A DNA stretch of 64,000 bases from Scenedesmus sp. PABB004. Lineage: Eukaryota. Where the stretch lies: the NCBI GenBank assembly GCA_014905635.1, contig JABVCE010000005.1, forward strand, positions 620,001 through 684,000. Reading direction: 5' to 3'. The position numbers and the translations under genes are program-made. How positions within the stretch are numbered: the stretch's first letter is position 1; every line of letters begins with the position of its first letter. Shown in pieces: positions 50,218 to 64,000 of this stretch. The notes under the pieces are model-generated. The model was not told the origin of the DNA, made no database searches, and worked only from the letters and a program-made list of their open reading frames with translations.

Positions 50218-53200
50218 AGCGCCGGGGCCGTGCCGCCGCGGCCCTGCAGCGCGGGCGCGCCGCGCCGCCGCTGGGGCCTCGGCGCAGCCGTCCGCCGCGC
50301 GCGCCGCGCGCCGCCAACCGCCGCTGCCGCCGCCCGCGCTGCCCGCGCGCCGCGCAGGCACCTCAAGGACCTGCTGGCCGACCAGGTGCGCTGCGAGGCG
50401 CTGCTCAAGGAGGACCAGGGCCTCTACATCGACTTCAGCCGCCAGCGCATGACCCAGGCCACCGTCAAGGCGCGCGCCGCGCTCGCCCCGGCAGCGCGCC
50501 GGGGGCAGCGCGGCAGCGCGCGCCGCGCCGCGGGCGACGTCGCGCGGGCAGCGCGGGCCGCAGTCGCGACGCCCGCCCGCCCGCCCGCCCGCACGGCGCG
50601 GCGCGCAGAAGCTGATGGACCTCGCGGCGGCGGCGGACCTCAAGGGCAAGATCGAGGCGATGTTCCGCGGCGACCACATCAACAGCACCGAGGACCGCGC
50701 CGTGCTGCACGTCGCGACGCGCGCGCGCAGGTCGGCGCGCATGGGCGGCGCGCGCGCGCAGGCGGGCGGGCGGGCGGGCGCAGCGCGCGGGGGGCGCAGC
50801 GCGGTCGGGCGGCGGCGCGGCAGCAGCGGCGCTGCGCTGGGGCCGCGTACCGCCGCGCGCCGCGACGCTCCGCCCTGGCCCGGCCCGCGCGCGTGCCCGC
50901 GCAGGGACCAGGTGATGGTCGACAACGGCAAGAACGTGGTGCCGGACGTGTGGGAGGTGCTGGACAAGATTAAGGTCTTCAGCGAGAAGGTGCGGCAGGG
51001 CGGCCACCACACGGCGTGGCCACTAGGCGCCGGCGACGTCAGAACAGAAGGCCGCCAGCGCGCGCTGGGTGCCCGCGGGCTGCGTCGCGGCCGCCAGCCC
51101 GCGCCGAACGCCGCGCCGCCCGCGCCGGCCGTCGCGCCGCGCCGCGCAGGTGCGCAGCGGCGAGTGGAAGGGCAGCACGGGCAAGCCGATTAAGTCTATC
51201 GTCGCCATCGGCATCGGCGGCTCCTTCCTCGGCCCGCTCTTTGTGCACACGGCGCTGCGGTGCGCGGCGGCGCAGCCGCGGCCCCGCCGCCGCAGCTCTG
51301 CCGCAGCCGCCCCGCCGCCGCCGCCGCGGCCGCGGCAGCCGGCCAGCGCCGCCGCCCCGCTTTGCCCTGAGCCGCCGCGCCGCGCCGGCGCGCGCAGGCT
51401 GGAGCCGCAGTCAATGTCCAAGAGCACCGGGCGCACGCTGCGCTTCCTCGCCAACGTCGACCCCATCGACGTCGCGCGCGCGCTCAACGGGCTCGACCCC
51501 GAGGAGACGATGGCGGTCGTGATCAGCAAGACCTTCACCACTGCCGAGACGATGCTCAACGCCCGCACCGTGCGCAGCTGGCTCACCTCGCAGCTCGGTG
51601 CGCCGCCGCGGGCGCCACGGCGCGCGCGCGGGCCCGCGGCCGCCGCCGCGCCGCGCGGCGCCCGCCTGCCCGCGCCCCGCGCTCACTCGCCCCTCTCCCT
51701 CCCCTCTCTGCACAACGCGGCAGGCGAGGCGGCGGTCGCGAAGCACATGGTCGCGGTGTCGACCAACCTCAAGCTCGTCAAGGAGTTTGGCATCGACCCC
51801 GAGAACGCGTTTGGCTTCTGGGACTGGGTCGGCGGGCGCTACAGCGTGTGCAGCGCCGTCGGCGTGCTGCCGCTCAGCCTGCAGTACGGCTTCGAGGTGC
51901 GCCGCGCCGCCGCGCCGCGCCGCCGCCGCGCCGCGCACGCTCCCTCTTCCCCTCTCCCCGCCGGCGGGCGCGCGCGCTCGCGCCGCCGCGCGAGCGCGCT
52001 CGCGCGCCCCTCTTCACGCGCTCACCGCCCCTCTCTCGCCCCGTCGCTCCCTCCCTCCCTCCCTCCGCCGCATCCCCCGCAGGTGATGGAGCAGTTCCTG
52101 AGCGGCGCCAACGCGATGGACGACCACTTCCGCGAGACGCCGCTCGAGAGCAACCTGCCCGTGCTCATGGGCCTCACGAGCGTGTGGAACATAAGCTTCC
52201 TCGGCTACCCCGCGCGCGCGATCCTGCCCTACTGCCAGGCGCTGTCGAAGCTCGCGCCGCACATCCAGCAGGTCTCGATGGAGTCCAACGGCAAGGGCGT
52301 CGACATCAACGGCTCGGTGCTGCCGTTTGAGGCGGGCGAGATCGACTTTGGCGAGCCCGGCACCAACGGGCAGCACTCCTTCTACCAGCTCATACACCAG
52401 GTGCGGGTGTGGGTGTGTGTGGTGTGGGTGTGTGGGTGTGGGTGTGGGTGTGGGTGTGGGCACGGGTGTGTGGGCGGGAGGAGAGGCGCAGCGGCGGCGC
52501 ATCACGCTTGTTGTCTGTCACAGCCTGCCGGCGCGCAGAAAGCGGTCGCGGCCGCCCGCGGCGCCGCCGCGAGGCCGGGCGTCACCGAGCCTGCCCCTCC
52601 CCCGCCTCCTCCCCCGCGCCGCCAGGGTCGCGTCGTGCCGTGCGACTTCATCGGCATCGTGCGCAGCCAGCAGTCGGTCTACCTCAAGGTGCGCGGCGCT
52701 GCTGCGCGGCGGCGGGGTCGCGCGCGCAGCGCGGCGCAGCGTCGGCTCGGCCCGGCGCGCGCCCCGGCCCCCTCGGCCGGCGCAGCGGCGCCGCAGACCC
52801 GCGCCGAGCCGCCACTCACGCCGCCGCCGCCGCCGCCGCCGCGTCTGCCGCGTCTTGCCGCCCAGGACGAGATCGTGTCCAACCACGACGAGCTGATGTG
52901 CAACTTCTTTGCGCAGGCCGACGCGCTCGCGTACGGCAAGTCGCGCGAGGAGCTGCGCAGCCAGAACGTGCCTGACTACCTCATCCCACACAGGCGCGTG
53001 CCGCTGGCTGCGTTGTTGTTCTGTTGTTGTTCTGTCGCTCGCGCGGGGCTGCGCGCAGCTCGCAGCCCGAGGCGAGGCCCGCGCCGCGCGGCGCGCCGAC
53101 ACTGCACTCCGTTGGGCCCCGCCGCGCAGGTCGTTCACGGGCAACCGGCCGAGCACGAGCCTGCTGCTGCCGGAGCTGACCGCGTACACCGTGGGCCAGC

Positions 53201-53791
53201 TGCTGTCGCTCTACGAGCACCAGGTCGCGGTGCAGGTGCGCCCCTCCCGCGCCGCAGCAGAGCGCGCGGCCGCGCCGCCTGCGCAGCGCACGCGCTGCGG
53301 CGGCGCCCCGCAGCAGCGTGCGCGCGCCGCGCCGCGCCGCGCCGACCGCGCGGCGCGCACCGCGCGCGTGCGCAGGGCTTTGTGTGGAACATCAACAGCT
53401 TTGACCAGTGGGGCGTCGAGCTCGGCAAGGTGCTCGCGAGCAAGGTGCGGCAGATGATCAACGCGAGCCGCAACAAGCACCGCTTTGTCAACAACAGCGA
53501 CGGCTTCAACTACAGCACCACCCGCCTGCTCAACAAGTACCTGCAGGCACGCGCGCACGGGCGCGCGGCGCGCCGCAGCGGCGGCGGGTGCCCGCCGCCT
53601 GCACACAGACAAGCGCGCAGCGGCCGCGGCGGCGCCGGCGAGCAGGGAGCCCGCGCGCGCGCGCGCGCACGCGCGCGCGAGTGGCTCACCCGCGCGCCGC
53701 GCCGCGCGCCGCGCAGGGCAAGACGCAGCTGCTGTACCCGGAGCCGCGCGACGTGTTCCCCGCGGAGCTGCTGGAGCACCGGCCGTTCTGA
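49294..53791 (+). CDS. PGI: Glucose-6-phosphate isomerase, cytosolic-type sequence with two upstream transit-peptide exons, 15 exons (core starts 49994)
   Basis: [85 protein letters not shown] and [13 protein letters not shown]. Upstream exons 49294-49436 and 49643-49709 splice in frame. Confidence 0.95.
52405..52472. repeat. (GGGTGT)n-like repeat in a PGI intron
   Basis: Directly visible. Confidence 0.8.
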
Positions 53792-54093
53792 TGCGGCGCG
53801 GCGCGGGCGGGGAAGGGCGGCGCGTGAATGAAACCCCCAGCGTGTGCGCGCGCGCGGCGCGCACGCGTGGGGGTGCGGGGCGCGGGCAGCGAGGGCGCGT
53901 GCGCGGCTGTGTGCGAGCGCGCAGGGGGCTAGCGTGTGCGTGGGGGCTGCACGCGCGCGCGCAGCGGCCGGCCCCCCCCTGCATCCAAGTGTGGGGCTTT
54001 TCGACGGCCGGCCGGAGGCTGCACCAGCGCCGCGCGGCCCCGCAGACGGCACCACCGCCCAGACCGGGCGGCGCGCGACCCTCTCCGGCGCTC

Positions 54094-54098
54094 TGTAA
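54094..54098 (+). promoter_or_regulatory. TGTAA candidate polyadenylation signal for PGI
   Basis: TGTAA about 300 nt after the PGI stop. Confidence 0.5.
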
Positions 54099-54282
54099 CA
54101 TACCTCCTCGCGCAGCGACCTGCCCGCACAGCCCTGGGGCGGCGACTGCGGCGGCGCGATCGCGCGGCGGGCGAGCGCAGGCGACCGCCGCGAACGCACG
54201 GTTGCAGCGCGCAGGCCGGCGCCAACTCAGGGTTATGTACAACGCTGTGCCCCGCTCCCCGCCCCGCGCCGCCCGCGCCGCC

Positions 54283-55785
54283 TCACGTTTCCATCTCATG
54301 CGACTCGGCCTGGCCGCCGCCGCCGCCGCCGCCCGTCCCGCCGCGCGGCCCGCCGCTGCCGAAAACAAAGCTGGCCGCCGGCGGCGCCGCGAACGGCGCG
54401 CCCGACGGCGGCGGGCCGCCAAAGACAAAGCCGCCGCCGCCGGCCGGCGACCACTGCTGCTGCTGCTGCTGCTGCTGCTGGCCCAGCGCAAAGATGCCGC
54501 CCGGCTGCTGCTGCGCCTGCTGCAGCGCCTGCTGCGGCTGCGGCTGCTGCGCGCTGGGCGCCAGCGCTGCGGTTCGGGCGGGCCGGGCGCGTCAGGCGGG
54601 CCGGGCGCGTTGGACGCCGGCCGCAAGGCGCCGCGCGGCGCGGGCGCGGGCAGCGCCGCACCTGGTAGGCTGATGAAGGCAAAGCCGGACGGCACCGAGC
54701 AGCTGCCGTGCATCTGCGTCTCCAGCTCCTGCAGCCGCTTGGTGTCGCCTGCGGCGCCGGCGGCGCGGCGTGGGCGCGGGCGCGCGGCGCGGCGCGCGGG
54801 GCGCCGCGCGCGGCGCGGGCGCGGGCGCGCCGAGGTTTGTTGGGTGCCGCGGCCGCACGCGCGCGCGGGCGCACCGTCTGAGATGTGGATGGACGGCCGC
54901 TTGTCCTTGACCCACTTGTAGCTCTCCGCGAGCCGCCAGCCGCGCAGCTTCATGAGGTACGCGATCACCACCGTCGGCGACCTGCCGCGGACGCGGACGC
55001 GGCGGCGCGGTCGCGGCGCGCAGGCACGCCGCGGCGGCGGCGCGCGCCGGGCTCGGCGCGGCGCCGGCTGCTGAGCGGCGGGCGGGGCCGGGGCGGGCTG
55101 GCGGCGCGCACCGCGTGACGCCGCTCATGCAGTAGACCAGGGTCTTCTTCTTCTCCGCCGTCGCCTCGTCTGCGCACGGCGCGCAGCGCGGCGGAGGGCT
55201 TTCAGGACGCGCGCGTGCCGCGGCGCGCGTGCCGCGGCGCGCACGCCGCGCCGGCACCGTCGCCGCACCGAGGAAGGCAAAGCACTCGGCAAAGTCTGGC
55301 GGCGCGTGCTCCACGGTGTGGTAGGTGAACGTGTTCTTGTACAGGGCCGGGCAGGTCGGCACCGTCTGCGGCGGCGCGCCGCATCATGCCGTGGCCGCAG
55401 CGGCGGCGTGAGCAGCGCGCCGCGGCGCTGCACGCGCCGCCGCGCGCGCCGGCGCCCGCCCCGGCGCACGTTGAGGACGTGCGTGATGCCCATGGCCTTG
55501 AGCAGCTCCTGGCGCGAGGCAGTGTCGTAGGAGCCGAGGTAGAGCGAGCCCGGCAGGATGGTGGTGGGCATGCAGCTCTCGTGCCCCTTAGCGCCCGCGG
55601 GCGCCATGACGTGCCCGCAGATGGAGCACGGCTCGCCACCCTCATACTGCGCGCGCGGAGCGGCGCTGATCACGGCGCGGCCGGGCGCCGGGCGCGGGCA
55701 GCGCGCGCTGCCGCTCGCGCGCGCCCACGTCGTGGTAGTGCCCGCAGGTCGCGCACGCCTCCTCCCGGTCGCGCTTCTGCTTCAT
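54283..55785 (-). CDS. IBR5: IBR5-like dual-specificity protein phosphatase, 7 exons
   Basis: N-terminus MKQKRDREEACATCGHYHDYEGGEPCSICGH, LYLGSYDTASRQELLK, active site LVYCMSGVTRSPTVVIAYLMK, WRLAESYKWVK and C-terminal FVFG motifs. Confidence 0.9.
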
Positions 55786-56005
55786 GGCTCACCGCCACGC
55801 CGGCCCGCGGGGGCCGGCGGCGGCGGGACGCGGCGCGGCGCGGCGCGGCGGACAGGGCGAAGCAGCGGCGGCGGGCGCGCAGGCTGGCGTGTGTGGGGCG
55901 AGGCGGCGCCTGGGCGGGGGCGGCGAGTGGGCGTGAGTGGCGAGGCCGGGGAGGGAGTCGCAAGCGAGCGGCGGCGGGGTTCAACACAGCACGCCGCACG
56001 CGCGC

Positions 56006-56993
56006 TCAACCGCGCCACCCGCCCGGGTGCGCGCCGTCGCCGTCGCGGGCCCGCCCGTCCGGCGCGCCGCGCTGGGCCCAGGGCTGGGCGCCGCGCTGCT
56101 GCTCCGCCGCTGCTGTGCTGGGCGGCGCGCCGGCGCCGCCGTGCCGCTGCTGCCACGGCTCATCGCGCGGCGCGCCCCCGCCCCACGGCACGCCTGGGAA
56201 ACCGCCGCTGCGCGGAGGCGGGGCAAACCCGCCGCCACGCGGCGGGCCCGGGCGATTGGGGGCGCCGGCGCCGGCGCCGCCGACGCTGGCGCTGCGCCCC
56301 AGCGCGGCGCCGCCGCCCGGGCCGCCGGGGAACTCGCGCGCCCACTCTCGGTCGCGGTCCGCCGCCGCCGCCGCCAAGAACGGCCCGCCGCTGCTGGTGC
56401 GCCGCAGCGGCGGCTCGCCCTCGTCCGGGCTGCCGCCCTGTGGCGGGGGCCGGCGCGCCTGCTGCAGCGCCTCGTCGCGCCAGCTGCGGCCGCTGCTCGC
56501 CGGCGGGGCGCCGCTGCCGCTGAAGCTCTGCCGCGGCGAGCGCGCCGCGCCCTCGCTCGCGCGCCGCCCCGGCTCCGGCTGCCAGCCGCCGTCCCAGCCG
56601 CCGCCCGGGTGCGGCTGCCTGCCGCTGCCCGGCCGCGCGGCGTCGTGCGAGTGCGCCTGCTGCGGCTCGCCGCCAACGCCGCTGCCCGCCCGCGCCGGCG
56701 GCTGGCCCCAGCTCGGCGCGCGGCCGAAGTGCGCGCCGCCCGAGCCCTGCGGCGCGAGCCCCGCCGGCCCGCCAGCGCCGCCCGGCCGCGGCGGCTGCGC
56801 GGGGCTGAGCAGCCACTGCGAGCGCGCGGAGCCCGGCGGGCTGATGAGGCCCACGCTGTGGGCCGCGGCGGCGGGCGTGAAGGCCGAAGGCGTGTGCAGG
56901 CCGCCGTGGCGCTGGATCGGCGTGAAGCCGCTGGGCGGGGCCGCCGGCACGGGCGGGATGCCCAGGGGCGTCAGGCCGGGGCGGTAGCCCCCG

Positions 56994-57055
<62 letters not shown>

Positions 57056-57829
57056 CTGCTCCGCCGCCTGCGCCTGCTGCTGCTGCAGCGCCGCCTGCTG
57101 CGCCGCGGCCGCCTCCTGCTTCGCGGCCGCCTCGGCCTGCATCGCCTGTGCGTGGCGGCGGGCGGCGGCGCGGTGACGCGCGCGTCGGGGGAGGGTGACG
57201 CGCGCGTCGGCCCCTGGCCTCTGTCCCGGGTGGCGCTGCCCTGCGCGAGGCCGCCGCACCTGCTTGAGCTGCTTCACCAGGTCGTGCTTGCTCTCCCGCA
57301 GCTCGTCCAGCCGCGCCTGCACCTCGCCGAGGCGCTGCGCCGCGGCAGCGTGCTCCGCCGCCAGCCGCTCCTTCTCGGCCAGCCTGGCCGCCTCCTCGTC
57401 GGCCTGCTGCTGCTGCAGCTCCGCCAGGAAGGCCTGCAGCTGCGCCTCCGCCGCGGCGGGGAGGTCCTCCACGGCCGGCGCCGGCGTCTCATCCTCCTCC
57501 GCCTGGCGCGGCGCGGCCGGCGACGCCTGCTGCGGCGGCTGCGGCGACCCCGCCGCCCGCTGCTCGCCGCCCGCCGCCGGCTCGCCGCCGACCTCGCCGC
57601 TGCCCTCCTCCCCGGCGGCGTCGGCCATGTGCGCGTCGGCGCCGCCGCTGGTGCTGGACGCCGAGGGCTCGTCGGGGTCGGGGCCCAGCTCCGCGCCCGC
57701 CCACTCGCCCGCGCGCACCGCGGCGCGCAGCTCCGCCAGCCGGCGCGCGCCCACCGCGGCCTCGAGCTCCCCCGCCTCCAGCGGCGGCGACGGCGGGCGC
57801 CAGACGCGCTTGTAGTAGAGCCTGGCCAT
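56006..57829 (-). CDS. Low-complexity coiled-coil protein, GPS2-like segment, polyQ (one in-frame intron)
   Basis: MARLYYKRVWRPPSPPL..., then coiled coil RLGEVQARLDELRESKHDLVKQLKQ|AMQAE resembling the GPS2 LxEEKHQLFLQLKKVL motif, followed by a polyQ and G/P-rich tail. Confidence 0.6.
56995..57052 (-). repeat. Coding (CAG)n run of about 19 units, polyglutamine
   Basis: Directly visible as (CTG)n on the + strand. Confidence 0.9.
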
Positions 57830-58220
57830 GGGCGCGCGGGGCCGGGCGCCCCGGGCTGCAGGCCGGGGGCGGCGGCGTGCGCGAGCGGCGGCGCAGCAGC
57901 GGCGGCGGCAGCGGCGCGGCCCGCGTGTACTCGGGGGCCTGTTTGCCGGGCTGGGGCGCGCTGTGGCGAGGGCTCGCGACAAATGTGATTATGGCGCACA
58001 GCCGGCCGCTGGGCGCGTTCCATGGCGCGCGCAGGGCTTGCGCGAACAGCAAGCCCTCGCTTGTTAGCGACCGGCGCAACAACCCTCGCCCGGATCGTCC
58101 CCACGCGGTGTGGCGCCCTCTTCCCACACGCGGGCTGGCGCTGGGCAGGCCGGCCGCGCGTCGCCCGCGCCAGGAGGCGCGGCATCAGCACTCCGTGGCC
58201 CCCTGCGCCGCGCAGGCGCC

Positions 58221-59807
58221 ATGCGGGTGGACGGCCCGCCCGCCAAGGATGGCGCCAAGCGCGAGCGCTCCGAGGAGCCGTCGGCCTCCTCCCAGGACGA
58301 CGATGAGAGGCCGGTGCTGCAGAGCGTCGCGGACCGGCGCCTGGTGCGCGGCGTGCGCGCCAGCAGGGGCCTCCAGGGGCCGACCAGGCCCCTCCAGCGC
58401 CGCCCTCACCGCCCGCACGCGCCGTGCCGCAGAGCCAGGAGGGCGGCGCGCCGCCAGCGAAGCGCGCGCGCACGTCTGCCGCTGCTGCTGACGCCCAGCA
58501 GCCGCCGGACGCGGCGGGCGCCGGCACGCCGTTTGCGGCGACGCACGAGCACGCGGCGCAGGCCGACGCGCCGGGCGGGCAGGGGCTGACGGGCCAGCAG
58601 TCGGTCCGTGCCAAGCGCGCGCTGGCGTCGGTGGGCAGCGGCACCGGGGTGGCGTCCCGGGGGCCGCGGAAGCCCCAGAGCAAGACCGCCAAGATGAAGA
58701 TCCTGGAGGCGGCCTGGCCCAAGGACATGCGCCACAACTGGGGCGGCGGCAACGGCGGTGAGCGGCGCGGCGGCCGTCCCGCGCACGCGGAGCGGCGCGC
58801 CGGCCGCGCGCGCCCCTCGGCGGCGCGCCGCGCCGCGCCGCGCCCCAGCCCGCGCCGTGCCGCGCCGCCCGCAGCGGACAAGCCGGACGTGCAGGCGGCG
58901 GTGACGGAGCTGCCGGAGGGCACGGCGGCGGTCGGGTGGGGCTTCTGGCAGCTTTACGGCAGCGGCGGCGGTGACGAGGAGAAGGCCGAGAGTGAGGAGG
59001 ACGAAGAGGAGCCCCAGGGGCCCTCCTGGTACCGGGGCGCGGTGGTCTGGTTTGACGAGGACCACGGCGAGCTCTGGGTGCGGCGCGCGGCGCGGGGGCG
59101 GCGCCCCGCGCCCGGCGCCCCACGCCCCGGCCCGCGCGCCCGCCGCGTCGCCCACGCCGCGCTGCGCGCCCGCGCTGCGCGCGCCGCGGCAGACGATCAT
59201 GGAGGACGGCGAGGAGACCAACAACCTGGCCGTCGACGACATGCAAAAGGAGATGAGCGCCGGGGAGTGCATCTTCTGCCGCCCGCCGCCGGCGCACGCG
59301 CCCGCCGGCGCCGGCTCGCGGCTCGCCGAGGCGGGCAGCAGCAGGACGCCCGGCCGCACCCGGCACAAGAAGCAGCCGGAGCAGCCGGAGCAGCCAGAGC
59401 AGGCGCCCGTGCAACAGGCGCCGCTGCCGGCGCGGGCGCAGCGGCGCCGGAGCAGCGACGCCGCGCCCGCGCCGGCGGAGGGAGGCAGCGACCAGCAGGG
59501 CAAGGCAGCTGGCGAGCCCCAGCGCGGCAGCGGGGGCGGCAAGGCTGAGGCAGCTCCAGCTGCAGAGGCGGCCGCGGCGGCAGTGGCCGTCGCCTCAGCC
59601 CCGAGCGCCGCGCAACAGGGACAGAGCGAGCAGCAGCGGGAGCCGCAGCAGGAGCAGCCGCAGGAGCAGGAGCAGCAGCCGCACCCGCCGCCGCCCGCGC
59701 CCGGCATGGGCGCTGCCGGCGGGGTGTCGGCGGACGACGTGCTTGATGCAGCGCACCCCGCGGGCGCCGACAACGTTGCGCTGGCACAGGTCGACCGGCA
59801 GCGGCCT

Positions 59808-59862
<55 letters not shown>

Positions 59863-61121
59863 CGCGTCCGCAGCAGCAGCGGCAGCGGCAGCCGCAGGGC
59901 GCCAAGCCGGCTCACAGCACCGGCAGCCAGGGCGGTGGGGCGAGCTCTGGCAAGCCCGCCGCCCAGCGGCCGCAGCCTGGCGGCGTCGCCGGCAAGCAGC
60001 AGCCGGCGCCCGCGGGGCCCAACCTCTCCGGCTTGAGCGACGGCGCGCGCCGGCTGGCGGACTGCCTGCTCGCCGTGCAGCAGGGCGCCGAGCTGGTGCG
60101 GGAGGGCATGGCGAAGCAGCTGCAGGCGCTGCAGGAGCTGGGCGAGGGCGAGGGCGTCGACGCCAAGGCTCGCAGCGAGGTGGCCGCGCGCGGCAAGGCC
60201 CTGCCGGCGCTGCTCGGGCAGCTCGTGGCGCAGGGCTACGCGCTGCCGCTGGGGGCCAGGACGCTGCTCGCGGACATCAAGGCCCTGGCAGAGCCACTCC
60301 ACGTCAAGACCGGCGGGCAGCTGCCCCGGCCCGGCACGGCGCCGCCCGGGAGCAAGCAGGGCGCCGGCGCGGGCGGCCCCGCCGGCGCGGCGCAGCAGCA
60401 GGCCGCCGGGCGGGCGCGGGCGCAGAAGCAGCAGCCGCAGGCCCCGCAGCGCCGCCCGCCCGCCGCGCCCGGCGGCGAGCCCAAGCCGGGCGCCGCGGTC
60501 GCACGGGGGGCGCCGCCGTCGCCTGCCGGCGGCATCGGCGGTGGCGGCGTGCCCGCTGACCTGGCCGAGTTTGCGGCGCGCGTGCGCGCCGTGGTGCCGC
60601 TGCAGCCGCTGGACCAGCCGCTGCGCGACCAGGCGGTCGCGCTGCTCGCGGCGGCGCTGCACCCGCCCGCGTGCGCGTCGCCGTTTGCGCTCGCGCACCA
60701 GATTGAGGCGCAGCTGAGCGAGCGCTACGGCCTCGTGGGCGAGGGGCGCGCGATGTATGTGCGCCACCTCTGGCACATCTGGTGCCTGCTCGGAGGCAAG
60801 GAGCTGCTCGCCGCGGCAGAGGCGGCGGAGCGCGCGCGCGACGCGCTGCGCGGCGCGCCGGCCGCCGCGGGCGGCGCCGGCGCCGACGGCAGCGGCGACG
60901 CGGCGCGGCCCGCCAAGGCGGCGGCCGCCGCGGCGGCGGCCGAGGCGGCGGCCGCGGCGGCCGCGACCGCCGCGGCGCGCGCCGCGCTCGAGGGCGCCGG
61001 GCCGGCCGTGGCCGACGCCGCGGCGGTGCGGGCCGCGCTGCTCGACGGCTCCGCGACGGCGGCCGAGCTGTTTGAGGTCACGTGCCACCAGCTCGGCTTT
61101 GACAACCCCCGCGACAAGTAG
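58221..61121 (+). CDS. Uncharacterised nuclear-type protein with Tudor-like segment and C-terminal TFIIS central-domain-like region, at least 4 exons
   Basis: NLS-like PPAKRAR. Tudor-like WYRGAVVWFDEDHGELW|TIMEDGEE. TFIIS-M-like LRDQAVALLAAAL...LAHQIEAQL...MYVRHLWHIWCLL...VRAALLDGSATAAELF. The start is uncertain because an acceptor-like CAG precedes the ATG. Confidence 0.6.
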
Positions 61122-61189
61122 GCAGGCGCGCCGCGACGGGCGGCAGGGTGGGGCAGGGAGCGCAGAGCACGGCGCGTCCGCGCCTGATG

Positions 61190-61194
61190 TTACA
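61190..61194 (-). promoter_or_regulatory. TGTAA candidate polyadenylation signal for the VPS68-like gene
   Basis: TTACA on the + strand, about 75 nt beyond the stop. Confidence 0.55.
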
Positions 61195-61268
61195 GACGTT
61201 GGCTCCGAGCCCCGTCGCCCCGGCCTGCAGCAGCCCGCCGTGCAGCAGCCCGCGCGCGCCGCGCTCGA

Positions 61269-61983
61269 TCAAAAGCCCATCAGGCTGTAGTCGGACCCCT
61301 CGGCCGACTTGGCCAGCCAGGTCACGAGGCCGGAGAGGCAGATCGTGGCCGTCTGCGCGACCGCCCCGACGTCGACGGCGAGGTCGCCGCCGCCCTGGCG
61401 GCCGAGCAGCAGCACGACCACGGCCGAGGCGATCGACCCAAACGCCAGGCACCACGCGACAAACAGGCAGCACTTGCTGCGGCACTGCGTGGCCGCGCGC
61501 GCCGCGGCGGGCGCGCGCGCGCGTCGTCGGCGCCGCCCGCCCCCGCACCCGCCCCCGCCCCCGCCGCGCCGCCGCCGCCGCTGGTGCTGCTGCGCCACCG
61601 CCGCCGCCGCACCTGCTCGCCCTCGTCGCCGTAGCCGACGTAGTCGCCGCCGTCGCGCGGGACGAGCGCCATGAGCACCACCGCCAGCGTCGCGACGATG
61701 CCAGGGAGGTAGTGCGGGAACGGGACCGCCGCGCCGAGCACCAGCGAGCTGCCCCGGCGGCGGCGGCGTGAGGCAGGTGTGGGTGAGGTGTGTGGCGCGG
61801 GCGCGCGGGGGGAGGCGGCATGAGGCAGGCGTGCGTGAGGTGCGCGGCGCGGCGCGCGGGGCAGCGGCCGCGTGCGGCGCACCTGCGCAGCACGACGTCG
61901 CACCAGATCCACCAGCCCGTCCCGAACAGCGCGCCGGCGGCGAGCATGCCGTAGGGCTGCGCCGCCTCCGCGAGGTGCTCCAT
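61269..61983 (-). CDS. VPS68: UPF0220 / Vps68 / TMEM50 family membrane protein, 3 exons
   Basis: AAGALFGTGWWIWCD, HYLPGIVATLAVVLM, RSKCCLFVAWCLAFGSIASA and VGAVAQTATICLSGLVTW; four TM segments. Confidence 0.85.
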
Positions 61984-62019
61984 GACGCGCTGGCACTGCT
62001 AGCTGCGGCGCCGCTGTCA

Positions 62020-64000
<1,981 letters not shown>

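Noticed and set aside
52405..52472. Interstitial telomeric repeat
   Set aside because: The unit is GGGTGT, not the TTTAGGG/TTTTAGGG type; treated as a simple intronic microsatellite.

Overview
Gene-dense, intron-rich eukaryotic nuclear DNA of extreme GC content (roughly 80% by eye). It is most consistent with a chlorophycean green alga, probably Sphaeropleales-like (inferred from TGTAA poly(A) signals, GTGCG/GTGAG donors, CGCAG acceptors, plastid PDH E1-beta and a PGD1-type lipase). I hand-spliced 23 protein-coding genes: lipoyl-domain/KGD4(MRPS36)-like protein (5' partial), JmjC-like oxygenase, ABCG half transporter, choline monooxygenase-like Rieske oxygenase, plastid alpha/beta hydrolase, PGD1/PLIP lipase, RPF2, RBM25, CDC5, senescence(spartin)-domain protein, ELP4, B9D2, HRD3/SEL1L, a secreted sulfatase, plastid PDH E1-beta, an MFS (ACS-type) transporter, a tandem SpoVS-like protein, PGI, IBR5-like phosphatase, a GPS2-like coiled-coil protein, a Tudor-like/TFIIS-M-like protein, VPS68/TMEM50 and 3-isopropylmalate dehydrogenase (5' partial). 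Most ORFs in the supplied track are GC-driven shadows. Highlights: (1) about 21 of about 133 manually inferred introns use GC donors, every one after an exonic AG and 19 reading AG|GCGCG; (2) a lipoyl domain fused to a KGD4/MRPS36-like adaptor; (3) an ~0.85 kb inverted duplication with templated-insertion scars that puts a copy of the lipase promoter/start upstream of the ABCG gene; (4) a sulfatase with a C-S-Q-T-R motif; (5) a tandem SpoVS-like protein; (6) a PGI gene built for possible dual targeting. Four genes need a frameshift near their 3' ends, probably assembly indels. No rRNA, tRNA, CRISPR or intact transposon was recognised. All family calls are from remembered motifs, not database searches.
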